From the IMG/VR virus record IMGVR_UViG_3300031994_000039, positions 32,001 through 96,000 of that record: DNA of 64,000 nt, one strand, 5' to 3'. The stretch is from a virus (Duplodnaviria; Caudoviricetes). The position numbers were made by a program, and so were the translations under genes. Shown piece after piece: positions 44,472-55,467 of the stretch; position 1 is the first letter of the stretch; each line of letters starts with the position of its first letter. A model generated the notes under the pieces. That model saw nothing but the letters and a program-made list of their open reading frames with translations, had not been told where the DNA came from and ran no database searches.

Positions 44472-46750
44472 GCGTGAAGCTATCATGGAGGGAGCTGCCT
44501 ACTGGGGCAGCTTCTATCGTCACAATATTGATAAATTCGTTGAGGATTACTTACACATAAGGCTCAAACGATTCCAGAGAGTTATTTTAAGCATGATGGT
44601 TTACGTCACTGTATTTGTACTGATAGCTTGCCGTGGTTTAGGTAAGACATATCTCAGTGGCGTGTATTGTTGTGTTCGCTGTATCCTGTGGCCCGGCACG
44701 AAAATATGCATAGCCTCAGGAACACGTAACCAGGCAGGCGCAGTTCTTGAAAAGATAATGCTCGAACTGGTTCCGAATTCTCCAGAACTTAGAAACGAGA
44801 TTGATTACAAACAAACAAAGATCAATGGTACTCAGGCTCAGATAGTTTTTAAAAACACAAGCGTTATTAAGGTTGTTACAGCGAGCGATAGTTCTCGTGG
44901 TAATAGATGTAACGTTTTACTTTTGGATGAATTTAGATTAATTCACAAAGATATAATTGACACAATCCTCAGAAAGTTCTTAACACTTAGGCGTATGCCA
45001 AGATACGAAGAGCTTACCGAAGTAGAGCGAAGAGCTGAGTATGACAAGGAAAAGAACTTGACACTCTATATGAGTTCTGCATATTTTAAGGACCATTGGT
45101 CATACCAAAAATGTGTTGATACATTTAAAGCTATGATGGATGATACACGCAGACAGTTCGTCTGTGGATTTCCATATCAGCTTTCAATTTCAGAAGGTTT
45201 ACTTGATGCTGAAGCGGTTGCGGATGAAATGTCTGAGTCTGACTTTAGCGAAGTAAAGTGGAGCATAAACATTTCTGTGCTCCTTAAACTCATTGAACTC
45301 ATTAACCTAATGAGGGTACTACAATGTAGTGCTAACAGGGAAACCCTAAGTGCATAAGCATATGGCAATCCTGTGCCAAGACATAATTATATGTAAGGTG
45401 CAACGACCATCCTATATGGAGTACATCAGAGACAGGTACTGGTGGAAGCGGTGAGAACGAGTAGTCGTTATGATATGGTCTGATCTATTATGAAAGTAAT
45501 AGCTAACAAATAAATAGGAAATGGATGCGCTCTTCTACGGAAGTGGCGAAGACGCGTTCTTTGATTTCTCTTCTATTTCAAAGAACCGCAGAATAAAATA
45601 CCCAATGTTGCCGGAGAAACTTGCAAACAAGCTCGGCAACTCTAATCAGGTTAAGATACCTCAGAAGGCTCACGGTGAGGTAAGAATACTTTCTGCCGAT
45701 ATTGCGCTCATGTCGTCGAAGAAACATAATAACGACGCGACTGCGATATTTATTAATCAGATGAGTGCTACTAAAATTGGCAGGTATGTGAGCAACATTG
45801 TTTATGCAGACACATACGAAGGCCTGCGAACAAATGAACAAGCGTTAATAATACGCAAACTATATGAAGAGTATGATTGCGATTACATTGTACTTGATAC
45901 TAACGGTAGACTGATGCCGCTTTGCATAGTAATATGCATTGAAAAAGTGAAGAATCAAGCGGGAAGGCTGAGATGCTAACCCGAACCGAAGGCTATTGGT
46001 AATACGATAGTCAGGGGCAACGCATAGGTGTGAAACTAGTTATAGAATATAATCACCCACGAGGCTTCACCATCTGAACAATTCAGATGAAAAGATATGC
46101 TGAACTTGTAGGAAATCAACTACAAGAGCTATGAGATAAAAAGCTCATAGGATAACAATGACCTGATCGGTCTTGGTGTGTTCGATGAACTCGCCCACGA
46201 TATTATTGATGCAGACACTGGAGAAATCTACCCTGCCCTCTCTTGCTATAACGACAAGACGATGGCAGAAAGATGTACAGTACCCGGTGCCGACAAAGTT
46301 ATATATTCAGTTAAAGCTTCAGCGCAGTTCAACTCAGACTGCGCATTTTTATTGCGTGAAGCATTTAAGAGCGGTCGTGTTAGATTGCTTGCAACAGAAT
46401 ACGATGCTGACGAATATCTAATGGAAATAAAGGGTTATGCTTCCCTGTCACCATCAGAGAAGCTTTCGATAAAACTTCCTTATATTCATACCACACTGTT
46501 GATAGACGAACTTACAAAACTGCAACACGAAACATCGGGCGGCAAGGTTCGTATCTTCGAGAAGCCGGGTATGCGTAAGGATAGATACTCATCATTATCA
46601 TATAACTACTACGTAGCTATTCAGATAGAAAACAAACTCAGCAAGAAGGCAAATAACAGTATAGAAGAAAGTTTCTTCGTTGTTAAACCTCCGAGCATTG
46701 GAAAGGCGGTGAACAGACACGGCACAAACAGAAAACAAACATTCTGGTAA
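44464..46750 (+). CDS. Terminase large subunit, spliced (exons 44464-45266, 45517-45907, 46166-46750; ~592 aa)
   Basis: ACRGLGKT, LLLDEFR, SADIA, LDTNG|IGLGV, KDRYSS nuclease motifs; the joined exons are in frame. Confidence 0.88.
45267..45516 (+). mobile_element. Group I intron 1 in terminase (one non-canonical splice site)
   Basis: P1 GGAGCAU/GUGCUCC, P10 CAUUUC/GAAAUG, P7 GACCA/UGGUC; the in-frame join makes the last base A. Confidence 0.8.
45908..46165 (+). mobile_element. Group I intron 2 in terminase
   Basis: P1 CGGU/GCCG, P10 AGACUGAU/AUCGGUCU, P7 GCAUA/UAUGC, terminal G. Confidence 0.88.
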
Positions 46751-46814
46751 TAGACGCAACTATAACAGAAATAAATCAAAGATTGTTGCGAAAGATAAAA
46801 CCACTCCCCCGATT

Positions 46815-48242
46815 ATGTCTTCGGAGGCGTTTGCGATTCTTAACAAAATTATTACCAGGAACTTGAACAAAAATACTTCAGCTCCTGTATTCACCTTATA
46901 TACCAAGGACGATATTACAAGGTTCATCGGCAATCCTTACAGATACGAAAAAGAAATCAGAAAAGCAATGATATATATGTACGGCGCTTCTCCGCATTTC
47001 TACAGACTCATTCAGTATTTTGTAGGACTGACGGACTTATCGTACTTCGTATCTCCATACAGAACTGATCCGAACGCACAGTCAGCGAAGTTTATTAACA
47101 GAAACTACAGACGAGTGCTTAATGCTCTCTCAGCTATGAGTATCAAGTCGCAGTTTCCGAAGATACTTACTGTGTGTTTGAGAGAGGACGTATTCTATGG
47201 TACGTTCTGGGTAACTCCGGACTGCATAACAATTCAGAGATTACCAAGTGATTACTGTGCTATCTCAACAATAGTCGGTAATGTTTTAAATGTTACTTTC
47301 AACTTCTCGTACTTTGATGCGAAACCGGAACAGCTTGATTACTACCCGGACGAATTCCGCATCAAGTATGAAATGTATAAGAAGGACAGGGCGAACAGAT
47401 GGATCGAACTCGACTCCCCTAACTCGTTCTGTATAAAGTGCAATAATGATATTCTCGATTATCCGCTGCCGCCTTTCATCGGTCTGCTTCGTGATATTTA
47501 TGATCTCGAAGATTACAAGCAGATGAAGCTTGCGAAGACTGTTCTTGAGAACTACGCAATGCTTAACATGAAGATACCAATGGATAAGGAAGGTAACTGG
47601 CTGCTCGATGGCGATAAGGCTAAAGAGTTCTGGCAGAACCTTGACGCGGTCCTTCCGGAGGAAGTAGGTTCAGTGCTTAGCCCTATGGATATCGACAAGA
47701 TTTCATTCGAGCGTTCTAACGTTGGCGATACTAACTATATCGCCGATGCGGAAAAGAATCTCTTTACTGCGGCGGGCGTAAGCTCGTTGATCTTTAATGG
47801 CGGTACATCAGCCAATGCTCTCCTGCTTTCTATTAAAGCAGACCAGTGTATTACATATGGCATTGTAAAGAGCATAGAAGATGTTGTAAATAGATTTATC
47901 CAGGGTCAGGGGTATGGCAAATACTTCAAAGTAACATTCATTGACTCAAGCCCATTCAACCGTAAGGAAGTCGGCGACCAGTATCTCAAGGCCGCTCAGT
48001 ATGGCCTCCCTACTGTTATGATGTATGGTGCATCACAGGGACTTGGGCAGTCAGAATTTGATACTATGAACTTCCTCGAAAACGATATTCTCAAGCTCAA
48101 GGAAGTACTCATCCCGCTCAGAACATCTACATCAATGGGTTCCGCTGACGATAACTCGGAAGGTGGCAGACCTATGAAGGATAATTCAGAGCTTACGGAT
48201 AGCGGCGAGCAGAACCGTGAAGATCAGGACGATTGGGGGTAA
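46815..48242 (+). CDS. Portal protein (possible upstream ACG start at 46719)
   Basis: Position after terminase, size, AAGVSSLIF, acidic GGRP tail. Confidence 0.75.
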   Translation: MSSEAFAILNKIITRNLNKNTSAPVFTLYTKDDITRFIGNPYRYEKEIRKAMIYMYGASPHFYRLIQYFVGLTDLSYFVSPYRTDPNAQSAKFINRNYRRVLNALSAMSIKSQFPKILTVCLREDVFYGTFWVTPDCITIQRLPSDYCAISTIVGNVLNVTFNFSYFDAKPEQLDYYPDEFRIKYEMYKKDRANRWIELDSPNSFCIKCNNDILDYPLPPFIGLLRDIYDLEDYKQMKLAKTVLENYAMLNMKIPMDKEGNWLLDGDKAKEFWQNLDAVLPEEVGSVLSPMDIDKISFERSNVGDTNYIADAEKNLFTAAGVSSLIFNGGTSANALLLSIKADQCITYGIVKSIEDVVNRFIQGQGYGKYFKVTFIDSSPFNRKEVGDQYLKAAQYGLPTVMMYGASQGLGQSEFDTMNFLENDILKLKEVLIPLRTSTSMGSADDNSEGGRPMKDNSELTDSGEQNREDQDDWG

Positions 48243-48248
48243 GACCTA

Positions 48249-48419
48249 ATGTTCGTATATGTTTTCAAAAAGGAAGACAGAGATCTGCTATTAAGACTTG
48301 GCTATAGTTTACATAAGAATAACGAAGCCAATAACATATATGTGTTTGATAACGACGAGATCGTTTCTCTTGAAGATTTAGGAATTGATTTCACTTATTC
48401 AAACAAATTAACTTTTTAA
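48249..48419 (+). CDS. Small protein (56 aa)
   Basis: MFVYVFKKEDRDLLLRLGY...SNKLTF. Confidence 0.55.
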   Translation: MFVYVFKKEDRDLLLRLGYSLHKNNEANNIYVFDNDEIVSLEDLGIDFTYSNKLTF

Positions 48420-48433
48420 GGGAAGGGGGTGCT

Positions 48434-50092
48434 ATGATGGGAAAAGAATCAGAAAGACTTTCTATCCGATATACCTTTTCTTCGTCGGCTATCTTCGATG
48501 TCGAGGATATAAACTCCTCCTTTGCAAAAGGTAAATTAAGAGTTATGTATCTGGGAAAGAACCAGAACAAGACAAATTTCACTCAGAAAAACGTAGAGCG
48601 TGCGTTACCTACTCTTTATAATGTTCCGATTGTTTGTAATTACAGCATTATCGATAATACAATAGGCGGACATGATATGGGAATCGCTAAAGATGAAAAG
48701 GGTAATATTAAAATTGTAAACATTACAGAACCATGCGGTGTAGTTCCTGAAAGTGCTGAATTCAGCATAGCAACTGAAACTGACGACGATGGTAATGAAC
48801 ATGATTATCTTATTGCCGATGGTGTGATCTTATGGAAACGCCAGGAGGTTTATTCGCATATTAAAGACGATCTTGATGGCAAGGTAGACCATTCAATGGA
48901 AGTTGATATATTCAGCAAACAGAAGATGGACGATGGCTACTCAGATATTATAGATTTTCAGTTCACAGCTCTTTGTTTACTTGAAAGAGATGCTCCGTGT
49001 TTTGAAGGCAGCAATCTCACACTCTATTCAGTTGCTGGAGATACAGAAGCATTCAGAGCAAAGTTTGAACTCATGCTTAATGAACTCAGTGAAATTTTAC
49101 CGGTTAATTCCTCTAACGAGGATGACATAAAAAATAATTTCTCGACGGAAGGAGGAGACAATAAGTTGGACGAAAAGAAATCTTTAGTTGAAAAGTATGG
49201 TCTTACTGTTGAAACACTTGATTTCAGCATTGAAGATATGACACTTGAAGATCTGGAAGCAAAGCTTAAGACATACAGCAAGGGTGCTGAATCAGAAGGA
49301 ACAGAACCTACTGGAAAACCGGAGGCTGCAAGCGCTTCTGAGCCAGAGACAAATCCAGAGTCAAGCTATTCAAAGGTTGAGGGCGAACCAACATCCGAAC
49401 CAAAGACAAGTGAAAATTATTCACTCAATTCACAGACAGAAAAGGAACTTCGTATAGCAGTAGCTGAACTCGAAACAGTCCAGTATAGCTGGGGCGCTGA
49501 TCCGCGCTATATGTTTGTAGACTACGACGCAGAAAAGAGCGAAGTTTACGCAAACGATATGAAAGAACACTGGACACTGGTTGGATTTAAATACTCAGTA
49601 AATGGTGATGCAGTAGAAGTTGATGTTAATTCAAGAGCAAGAATGAAGTACACAATCGCTCCATTTGAAGATGGCGGCGCATCTCAGCTTGAAGGTATGA
49701 CAGCAGTATTTGCAAATATCGATAAGAAGATCAATGATGATGCTGAGGCCCTTGCTAAGTTTAGCACACTTGAGGCCGAAGTTGAAGAGCTCAGAAAATT
49801 CAAGGCTGAGGTTGAATCTTCTAAGGCGGCTGAAGAGAAGGCAGAAATGCTTGGTAAGTTCTCTGCCCTTAACGGCAACGAAATGTTTGAAGCTCTTGTA
49901 AAGGATGCTGAAAAATATACAGTCGAAGAACTTGAAGATAAATGCTATTCAATCCTTGGAAGAGTAACATCTGCAAAGTTCTCAGTACAGCCAGAAGCAA
50001 AGGTACCGACTATCAAGATTGATAGACCGGAAGATAATAAGAAGAACGCTGAACCTTACGGCGGCATCTTCGAAAGATTTAATATCAAATAA
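48434..50092 (+). CDS. Prohead protease/scaffold
   Basis: GKNQNKT, GGH, HSMEV, FTALCLL protease-like N half; acidic coiled-coil C half. Confidence 0.75.
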   Translation: MMGKESERLSIRYTFSSSAIFDVEDINSSFAKGKLRVMYLGKNQNKTNFTQKNVERALPTLYNVPIVCNYSIIDNTIGGHDMGIAKDEKGNIKIVNITEPCGVVPESAEFSIATETDDDGNEHDYLIADGVILWKRQEVYSHIKDDLDGKVDHSMEVDIFSKQKMDDGYSDIIDFQFTALCLLERDAPCFEGSNLTLYSVAGDTEAFRAKFELMLNELSEILPVNSSNEDDIKNNFSTEGGDNKLDEKKSLVEKYGLTVETLDFSIEDMTLEDLEAKLKTYSKGAESEGTEPTGKPEAASASEPETNPESSYSKVEGEPTSEPKTSENYSLNSQTEKELRIAVAELETVQYSWGADPRYMFVDYDAEKSEVYANDMKEHWTLVGFKYSVNGDAVEVDVNSRARMKYTIAPFEDGGASQLEGMTAVFANIDKKINDDAEALAKFSTLEAEVEELRKFKAEVESSKAAEEKAEMLGKFSALNGNEMFEALVKDAEKYTVEELEDKCYSILGRVTSAKFSVQPEAKVPTIKIDRPEDNKKNAEPYGGIFERFNIK

Positions 50093-50115
50093 AAATAAGA
50101 AGGAGGAACAATAGA

Positions 50116-50658
50116 ATGAAAAATTATCCAGTAGTTAGAACAGATAAGATGTTCGGTACTGATAACCGCACTGGACTTTACTCAGTAAAGTACATTGTTG
50201 AAACAACTGAAAGCGGTTCTACAGTAAAGACACCTACAGCAATTACAAACGGCTCTGTTGTTAAGCTCGGCGCACTTGTATCAACAGTAACACCAGCATA
50301 CACAGCAAGAGAAGTATACGAAGCAAACGACGTTGCAGCAGACACACCACTCTCAGAGGTAGTACTTATCGCTTCACCAGAAGTATGCTACGACGAAAGA
50401 CTCCGTGATCTTGATGACTTCACAAACGAAGCAGATACAATTGCAAGAGCATACACACTCCCAGTTAATGCTATGTTCAGCCTCACAGCTAATGCATTTG
50501 ACGGCACACCTGCAAAGGGCAAGCTCGTTGAACTCAAGGCTGGTCACAAGTTTAATGCAGTAACATCTATCACATCAGGTTCAACAAAGGTCGGCGTTAT
50601 CGACGCTGTTGAAACAGCAGGCAAGTACACTTACTACGTAGTAAGAGTTACAGGCTGA
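50116..50658 (+). CDS. Capsid decoration/cement protein
   Basis: Between scaffold and MCP; beta-rich; strong RBS. Confidence 0.6.
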   Translation: MKNYPVVRTDKMFGTDNRTGLYSVKYIVETTESGSTVKTPTAITNGSVVKLGALVSTVTPAYTAREVYEANDVAADTPLSEVVLIASPEVCYDERLRDLDDFTNEADTIARAYTLPVNAMFSLTANAFDGTPAKGKLVELKAGHKFNAVTSITSGSTKVGVIDAVETAGKYTYYVVRVTG

Positions 50659-50686
50659 TAAAACTTTTTGAAAGGAGGAATTTAGA

Positions 50687-51715
50687 ATGCCTATTACAAA
50701 TGAAGAAATGAACAATGTAGTTAAAGCTGCAGTTGACGGCTACAAAGGTTGTGTGGAAAAGTACTCAGTAGCTCAGTCAAATGATCTCGTTCGTGAAGCT
50801 CTTATCGAAGCTAACGGCGGTTCAACAAAGCTCGATTATAGAAAGATGAGAGACGGCGAATGCAAGGGTGTGTTCACTCTCCTCGAACAGATCCTTAAGA
50901 GAACAACAATCGAAGGCCTTCAGCAGAACGACTTCTTCACGTCACTCGTTGAGTATGTTGACGTAGCTGCTGGTGACAAGCCAACATTTATTCTCCCAGA
51001 TACAACACTCTTTACAGTTGATGAATCAGCAGACGGCACACAGGCTATCCGCAGACAGAGACTCGGTGGCACATCTGAGATCACAATTCCTACATCAGTT
51101 AAGTCAATCAGAGTTTACGAAGAACTTTCAAGAGTTCTCGCTGGCCGTGTTGACTTTAACGACCTTATCGCTAAGGTAAGCGAATCTTACCAGAAGAGAA
51201 TTCTCGAAGATATCTATAAGGTATGGGCTGGCATCACAGCTAATCAGATCGGTGCAACATATTACCAGATGAGAGGTTCTTATGACGAAGCTACACTTCT
51301 CGACCTCATCGCACACGTAGAAGCTGCAGGTAACGGCGGTCAGGCAATGATCCTCGGTACAAAGAAGGCTCTTAGAAATCTTGCTCCTTCTATCATTTCC
51401 GATATTAACAAGCAGGATATCTACAACATGGGTTACTATGGCAAGTTCTTCGGCTCACCGGTTATGGCTCTTCCGCAGCGTCACCAGACAGGTACAACAA
51501 ACTTTGTACTTCCTGACGATATTCTTACAGTAATCGTAGGCGACGCAGGCAAGCCAATCAAGCTCGTTCGTGAAGGCGATCCGCTTATCATCCCAGTAGA
51601 TCCAACACAGAATCAGGATCTTACACAGGAATACTTCTATGCTGAAAAGTACGGCGTAGGTTTCGTATTCGCTGGCAACCAGAATACAGGTCTTGGCCTC
51701 TACGATATCGCGTAA
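50687..51715 (+). CDS. Major capsid protein
   Basis: 342 aa, high-expression codon bias, position, followed by a terminator. Confidence 0.8.
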   Translation: MPITNEEMNNVVKAAVDGYKGCVEKYSVAQSNDLVREALIEANGGSTKLDYRKMRDGECKGVFTLLEQILKRTTIEGLQQNDFFTSLVEYVDVAAGDKPTFILPDTTLFTVDESADGTQAIRRQRLGGTSEITIPTSVKSIRVYEELSRVLAGRVDFNDLIAKVSESYQKRILEDIYKVWAGITANQIGATYYQMRGSYDEATLLDLIAHVEAAGNGGQAMILGTKKALRNLAPSIISDINKQDIYNMGYYGKFFGSPVMALPQRHQTGTTNFVLPDDILTVIVGDAGKPIKLVREGDPLIIPVDPTQNQDLTQEYFYAEKYGVGFVFAGNQNTGLGLYDIA

Positions 51716-51723
51716 TAATAACT

Positions 51724-51754
51724 AAGCCGGGCAGTTTATACTGTCTGGCTTTTT
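51724..51754 (+). terminator. Rho-independent terminator
   Basis: AAGCCGGGCAG-TTTATA-CTGTCTGGCTTTTT. Confidence 0.75.
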
Positions 51755-51775
51755 GAAAGAAAGGATTTTTAACTT

Positions 51776-52336
51776 ATGGAAGAAAAGACACAGAAGCGTG
51801 GCAGAACTCAGAATAAGAATACTGAACCGGCTGCTAAGTCAGCTCCGGTATCTGCTGTCGCTGAATCTAACAAACCTATTATCCCAAAGAGCATCGACGA
51901 TAGTCAGTATGTGACTGTAAAGAATGGATGCCACGGCGTTCTTGTTTACAAAAGCAAGAGAACTGGCGAAACATTCAAGTGGGACGGATACTGTTCAGAA
52001 CAGGAAATGCAGTTACGTGAACTGAAGGATGCTAAGAATTCAAGCAGAAAATTCTTTGAGAGCAACTGGTTTATCTTTGATGATGATAACCAGTGGGTAG
52101 TTGATTATCTCGGTATGCGTCGTTACTATGCCAATGCAATTGGCTGCGGCAAGTTTGATGATCTCTTCAAGCTCCCGCTCGACGAAATGACAGAGCAGAT
52201 CAAGGCTATGTCAAAGGGCCAGAAGGACTCGGTTGCACATAGAGCATATCAGCTTATCGTTGATGGCGAAATCGACTCAAGGAAGTGTATTGCTACACTC
52301 GAAGACCTTCTCGGCGTTCAGCTTATCGAAAAGTAA
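51776..52336 (+). CDS. Head morphogenesis protein
   Basis: Position after MCP. Confidence 0.6.
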   Translation: MEEKTQKRGRTQNKNTEPAAKSAPVSAVAESNKPIIPKSIDDSQYVTVKNGCHGVLVYKSKRTGETFKWDGYCSEQEMQLRELKDAKNSSRKFFESNWFIFDDDNQWVVDYLGMRRYYANAIGCGKFDDLFKLPLDEMTEQIKAMSKGQKDSVAHRAYQLIVDGEIDSRKCIATLEDLLGVQLIEK

Positions 52337-52347
52337 GGTGAACGGAG

Positions 52348-52830
52348 ATGGCTATCGAGGTAGTATCATACGATGACTTTCTGGCAGTATTTCTTGATAA
52401 GATAAAGGAATATGAATTTCTGCAGATGACTGAAGATAGCAGAGATAAAATAATTGATGGTTATATGAAGAGAGCGTTAACAAAATTTCGTAAGAATCTT
52501 AGATACGATTTCTATACTACGGCTGATGATACATTGAGACAGTTTGACTTCTCAAGTCAGACCGATAGTTTTAAGGAGCAGCTTGAGGCCGACCTTGATG
52601 AAATCGTGAGCATCGTTACGGATGGGATGATACTCGAATGGTTAAAGCCATACAAGAATAATCAGGAAATTCTTGAGAACGTTCTTAACACTCGTGACTT
52701 TACGATGTACTCTCCTGCTGAACTTTTAAAACAGGTTCGCACAACATATAATGATGTGAATAAGGAGTACACTCAATTGATCCGAGAGTATTCCTATAAC
52801 CACATGAAGCTGGAGGAATTACACATATGA
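52348..52830 (+). CDS. Head-tail adaptor
   Basis: Position, helical, DFTMYSPAELL. Confidence 0.55.
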   Translation: MAIEVVSYDDFLAVFLDKIKEYEFLQMTEDSRDKIIDGYMKRALTKFRKNLRYDFYTTADDTLRQFDFSSQTDSFKEQLEADLDEIVSIVTDGMILEWLKPYKNNQEILENVLNTRDFTMYSPAELLKQVRTTYNDVNKEYTQLIREYSYNHMKLEELHI

Positions 52831-53165
52831 TTGCTCTGGCTATTGAAAATACTGTAGTTGATGAAAAGCTTATGAAGAATTACTTCACAAGATTAGTCAA
52901 CTCTATCTTTAAGATACTGCCTATGAAAGAAAGTGGTGAAAGCACACTTCCGGTTTACTTAAAGAGTTTACAGTCTGAGATTACTGGTCTTGCCAGTGTT
53001 GTTGAAGTAGCTAAGGACGATGCAATGATCTTGCAGCTCGTCTCGATACTTCAGTATCAGGCTGATAACCCCGACTGTCCTGTCGAAGAAACTCGCAGAG
53101 AAGTTTTTAAAGCTATCGCTGTTTGTAATAAACTTAAAGGACAGTACTCGAAGGGGGCTGATTGA
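52827..53165 (+). CDS. Hypothetical structural-region protein
   Basis: FKILP.KE motif; overlapping start. Confidence 0.65.
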   Translation: MIALAIENTVVDEKLMKNYFTRLVNSIFKILPMKESGESTLPVYLKSLQSEITGLASVVEVAKDDAMILQLVSILQYQADNPDCPVEETRREVFKAIAVCNKLKGQYSKGAD

Positions 53166-53166
53166 A

Positions 53167-54964
53167 ATGGGCGCATGGGATATATATGAAAGTCGTGCCT
53201 CAATTCACGGCGAAACAAGAAGGTCTGCGGAGTTAATTAAAGAGTCCAGGAGACTCCTTAAGAAAACAAGAGAAAGCCTGTCGTATTTCAACGTACTTGT
53301 TGACGGAGTGGAACGTCAGGTTTGTATCATAGACTCTGACAACCTAAACGAGAAAAAAATGCTTTCGATGCCGGGTGAAGATTTCGACTGCGGCGGACTT
53401 GTTGAGTGGATGGATAACCATTGGCTTATCGAGGAGAAAGATGCTCATAATGAATTATATACTCGTGTTAAACTTCTTCAGTGTAACTACTTGCTTAAGT
53501 GGGTGGACGAAGATGATGTTATTCACGAGCAGTATTGTGTGATTGAAGACGGAACGAAATTGAGAAATCAGTTTCCGTACAGCGTGAGCTGTATGTTAAA
53601 ACATCTGTTTAATTGCTGGAACATCCTAAAGCAATATATACTACAGCATAGCAATGAAAGATATGCAGGTGCGAATGTTACGAAAGTAGAAAGAAATATA
53701 TTGATGGCATAGGGTTAAATCCTAAGTGTTATGGAATGGATAATCAGCAGCCAAGCCTTGAACAGAGGAAGGTTCAACGATCATCCCTTTATGGGAGTAG
53801 GGTGATAATCATCATTCGAAATAGCAGACATCCGGAAGGATGAAGATATGATCTGCTCTTTGTAGAAATACAAAGTAAGAATAATAAATTCTTATATTAT
53901 GTCAAATAAGGAGTTGTAAACATTGTCAACAAGATGTATAGACTTAACTGGTCAGAAATTTGGTAGACTAACAGTTATATCAAGAGGAGAAAATGATTCG
54001 CATGGTACGGCTAGATGGCTATGCCTTTGTGAATGCGGAAACATAAAACTTATCAGAGGTGATAAGTTACGTCATAATGAAATAATGTCATGTGGTTGTT
54101 ATCAGGCCGAATTAAGAAAGAGTACCGAACGCGCTGAGAATATTAGCAAAGCGAAGACAAGGCATGGCATGAGTAATACAAAATTGTATTATGTTTATAA
54201 CAATATGATTAGAAGATGTTATTCTCCTAATAACGAAAGGTATAATAACTATGGTGATAGAGGGATCATTGTTTGTAATGAATGGCGAAATAATATTGAT
54301 AGCTTTTTTGAATGGGCTATTGCTACTGGTTATACTGATGGGCTTACCCTTGATAGAATAAATGTTAATGGTAATTATTGCCCGGAAAATTGCAGATGGG
54401 CATCTCAAAAGGTTCAAGCTAACAACAGAACGAGCAATGCATATATAACACATAACGGTGAGACTCATACAATAGCAGAATGGTCTGACATAACTGGATT
54501 ATCCCCGAAATTATTATATCAAAGAAAACGTCTCGGATGGGACGATAGCAGAATATTAACAGAACCAGTGAGACATAATAAACATAGCTAAGGACTTAAC
54601 CGGCGAGCTAGAAGATCGTACCTTCGTGACCACTCGTGGAGATGCGAGAATTGCATTACACATTGGTAAGAACGAAGATACTGCTAAGTTCAACAGGAAC
54701 AGTCGTTTTATCGTAGACGATTTGATTTCTGGAACGAAGCTTGCTTTCCTTCTCACAAAACCGTTGAAAATCGGACACACATATAACGATAAAGGAATCT
54801 ACCTTTTCGTACTTCAAGAAGTTGTTACAACAGATAACGACAATCTTGAACTTAATATTGCAGATTATTACAAACATTTTCCTAAGGAAGATACAGTTCC
54901 GGACTTCGACGATCCGGTTGACACAAGCCACACTACACCATCTGGAAAGGAGATATGGATCTGA
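53167..54964 (+). CDS. Head-closure-like protein, spliced (exons 53167-53560 and 54594-54964; ~254 aa)
   Basis: The join restores EDGTK-Y-LTGELEDR in frame. Confidence 0.75.
53561..54593 (+). mobile_element. Group I intron carrying a homing endonuclease
   Basis: P1 GAAAU/GUUUC with U.G; AAUUGCUGGAA, AAUCAGCAG, GUUCAACGAUCA/GAUAUGAUC; terminal G at 54593. Confidence 0.88.
53923..54591 (+). CDS. Intron-encoded HNH homing endonuclease
   Basis: DLTGQKFGRLTV, CxCG, SCGC, YGDRGI.VC.EW, TLDRINVNGNYCPENCRW. Confidence 0.88.
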   Translation: MSTRCIDLTGQKFGRLTVISRGENDSHGTARWLCLCECGNIKLIRGDKLRHNEIMSCGCYQAELRKSTERAENISKAKTRHGMSNTKLYYVYNNMIRRCYSPNNERYNNYGDRGIIVCNEWRNNIDSFFEWAIATGYTDGLTLDRINVNGNYCPENCRWASQKVQANNRTSNAYITHNGETHTIAEWSDITGLSPKLLYQRKRLGWDDSRILTEPVRHNKHS

Positions 54965-55458
54965 TGCAGTTACGTGAATTATTTAATTATAAGAACCAGC
55001 TCATGAAAGACCTCCTGACCAACGAAAAAATAGTGAAGCTTATTGACGATACAGTTCCTATAAGCGAGGCTTCAAAGCTTGCCTACAAAAAAGTTTTCCC
55101 TTATGAATATTTGCCGGACACAGCAAAGAACGGCGATACATTCATTTGCTTCGATGTTGATGTAACAAATGTTTATAACAAAACTTTTCTTGCCCCGGTC
55201 TTATATGTCTGGATATTTACACACAGAAGTAATTTAAGGCTTAAGCAAGGCGGTCTGCTTATAGATACATTATGTTCTGAAATTTGCGAGGTGCTTAATG
55301 GCAGCCGAATGTACGGCATGGGTGAAATGAATTTCGCTTCGATGCGAAGGTTCGCACCTATGACAGACTTTCAGGGCAAGTGTCTGACATTTAATATTAC
55401 TGAAGTAAACAGATATCATACTCCGCTTAAACCGGTTCCTGAAAATCGCAGAGCGTAA
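54955..55458 (+). CDS. Tail completion/terminator-like protein
   Basis: Position and size. Confidence 0.55.
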   Translation: MDLMQLRELFNYKNQLMKDLLTNEKIVKLIDDTVPISEASKLAYKKVFPYEYLPDTAKNGDTFICFDVDVTNVYNKTFLAPVLYVWIFTHRSNLRLKQGGLLIDTLCSEICEVLNGSRMYGMGEMNFASMRRFAPMTDFQGKCLTFNITEVNRYHTPLKPVPENRRA

Positions 55459-55467
55459 GGAGATTGA

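Noticed and set aside
39524-46165. RNAP and terminase as frameshifted pseudogenes
   Set aside because: The breaks coincide with group I intron cores, and splicing restores the reading frames.
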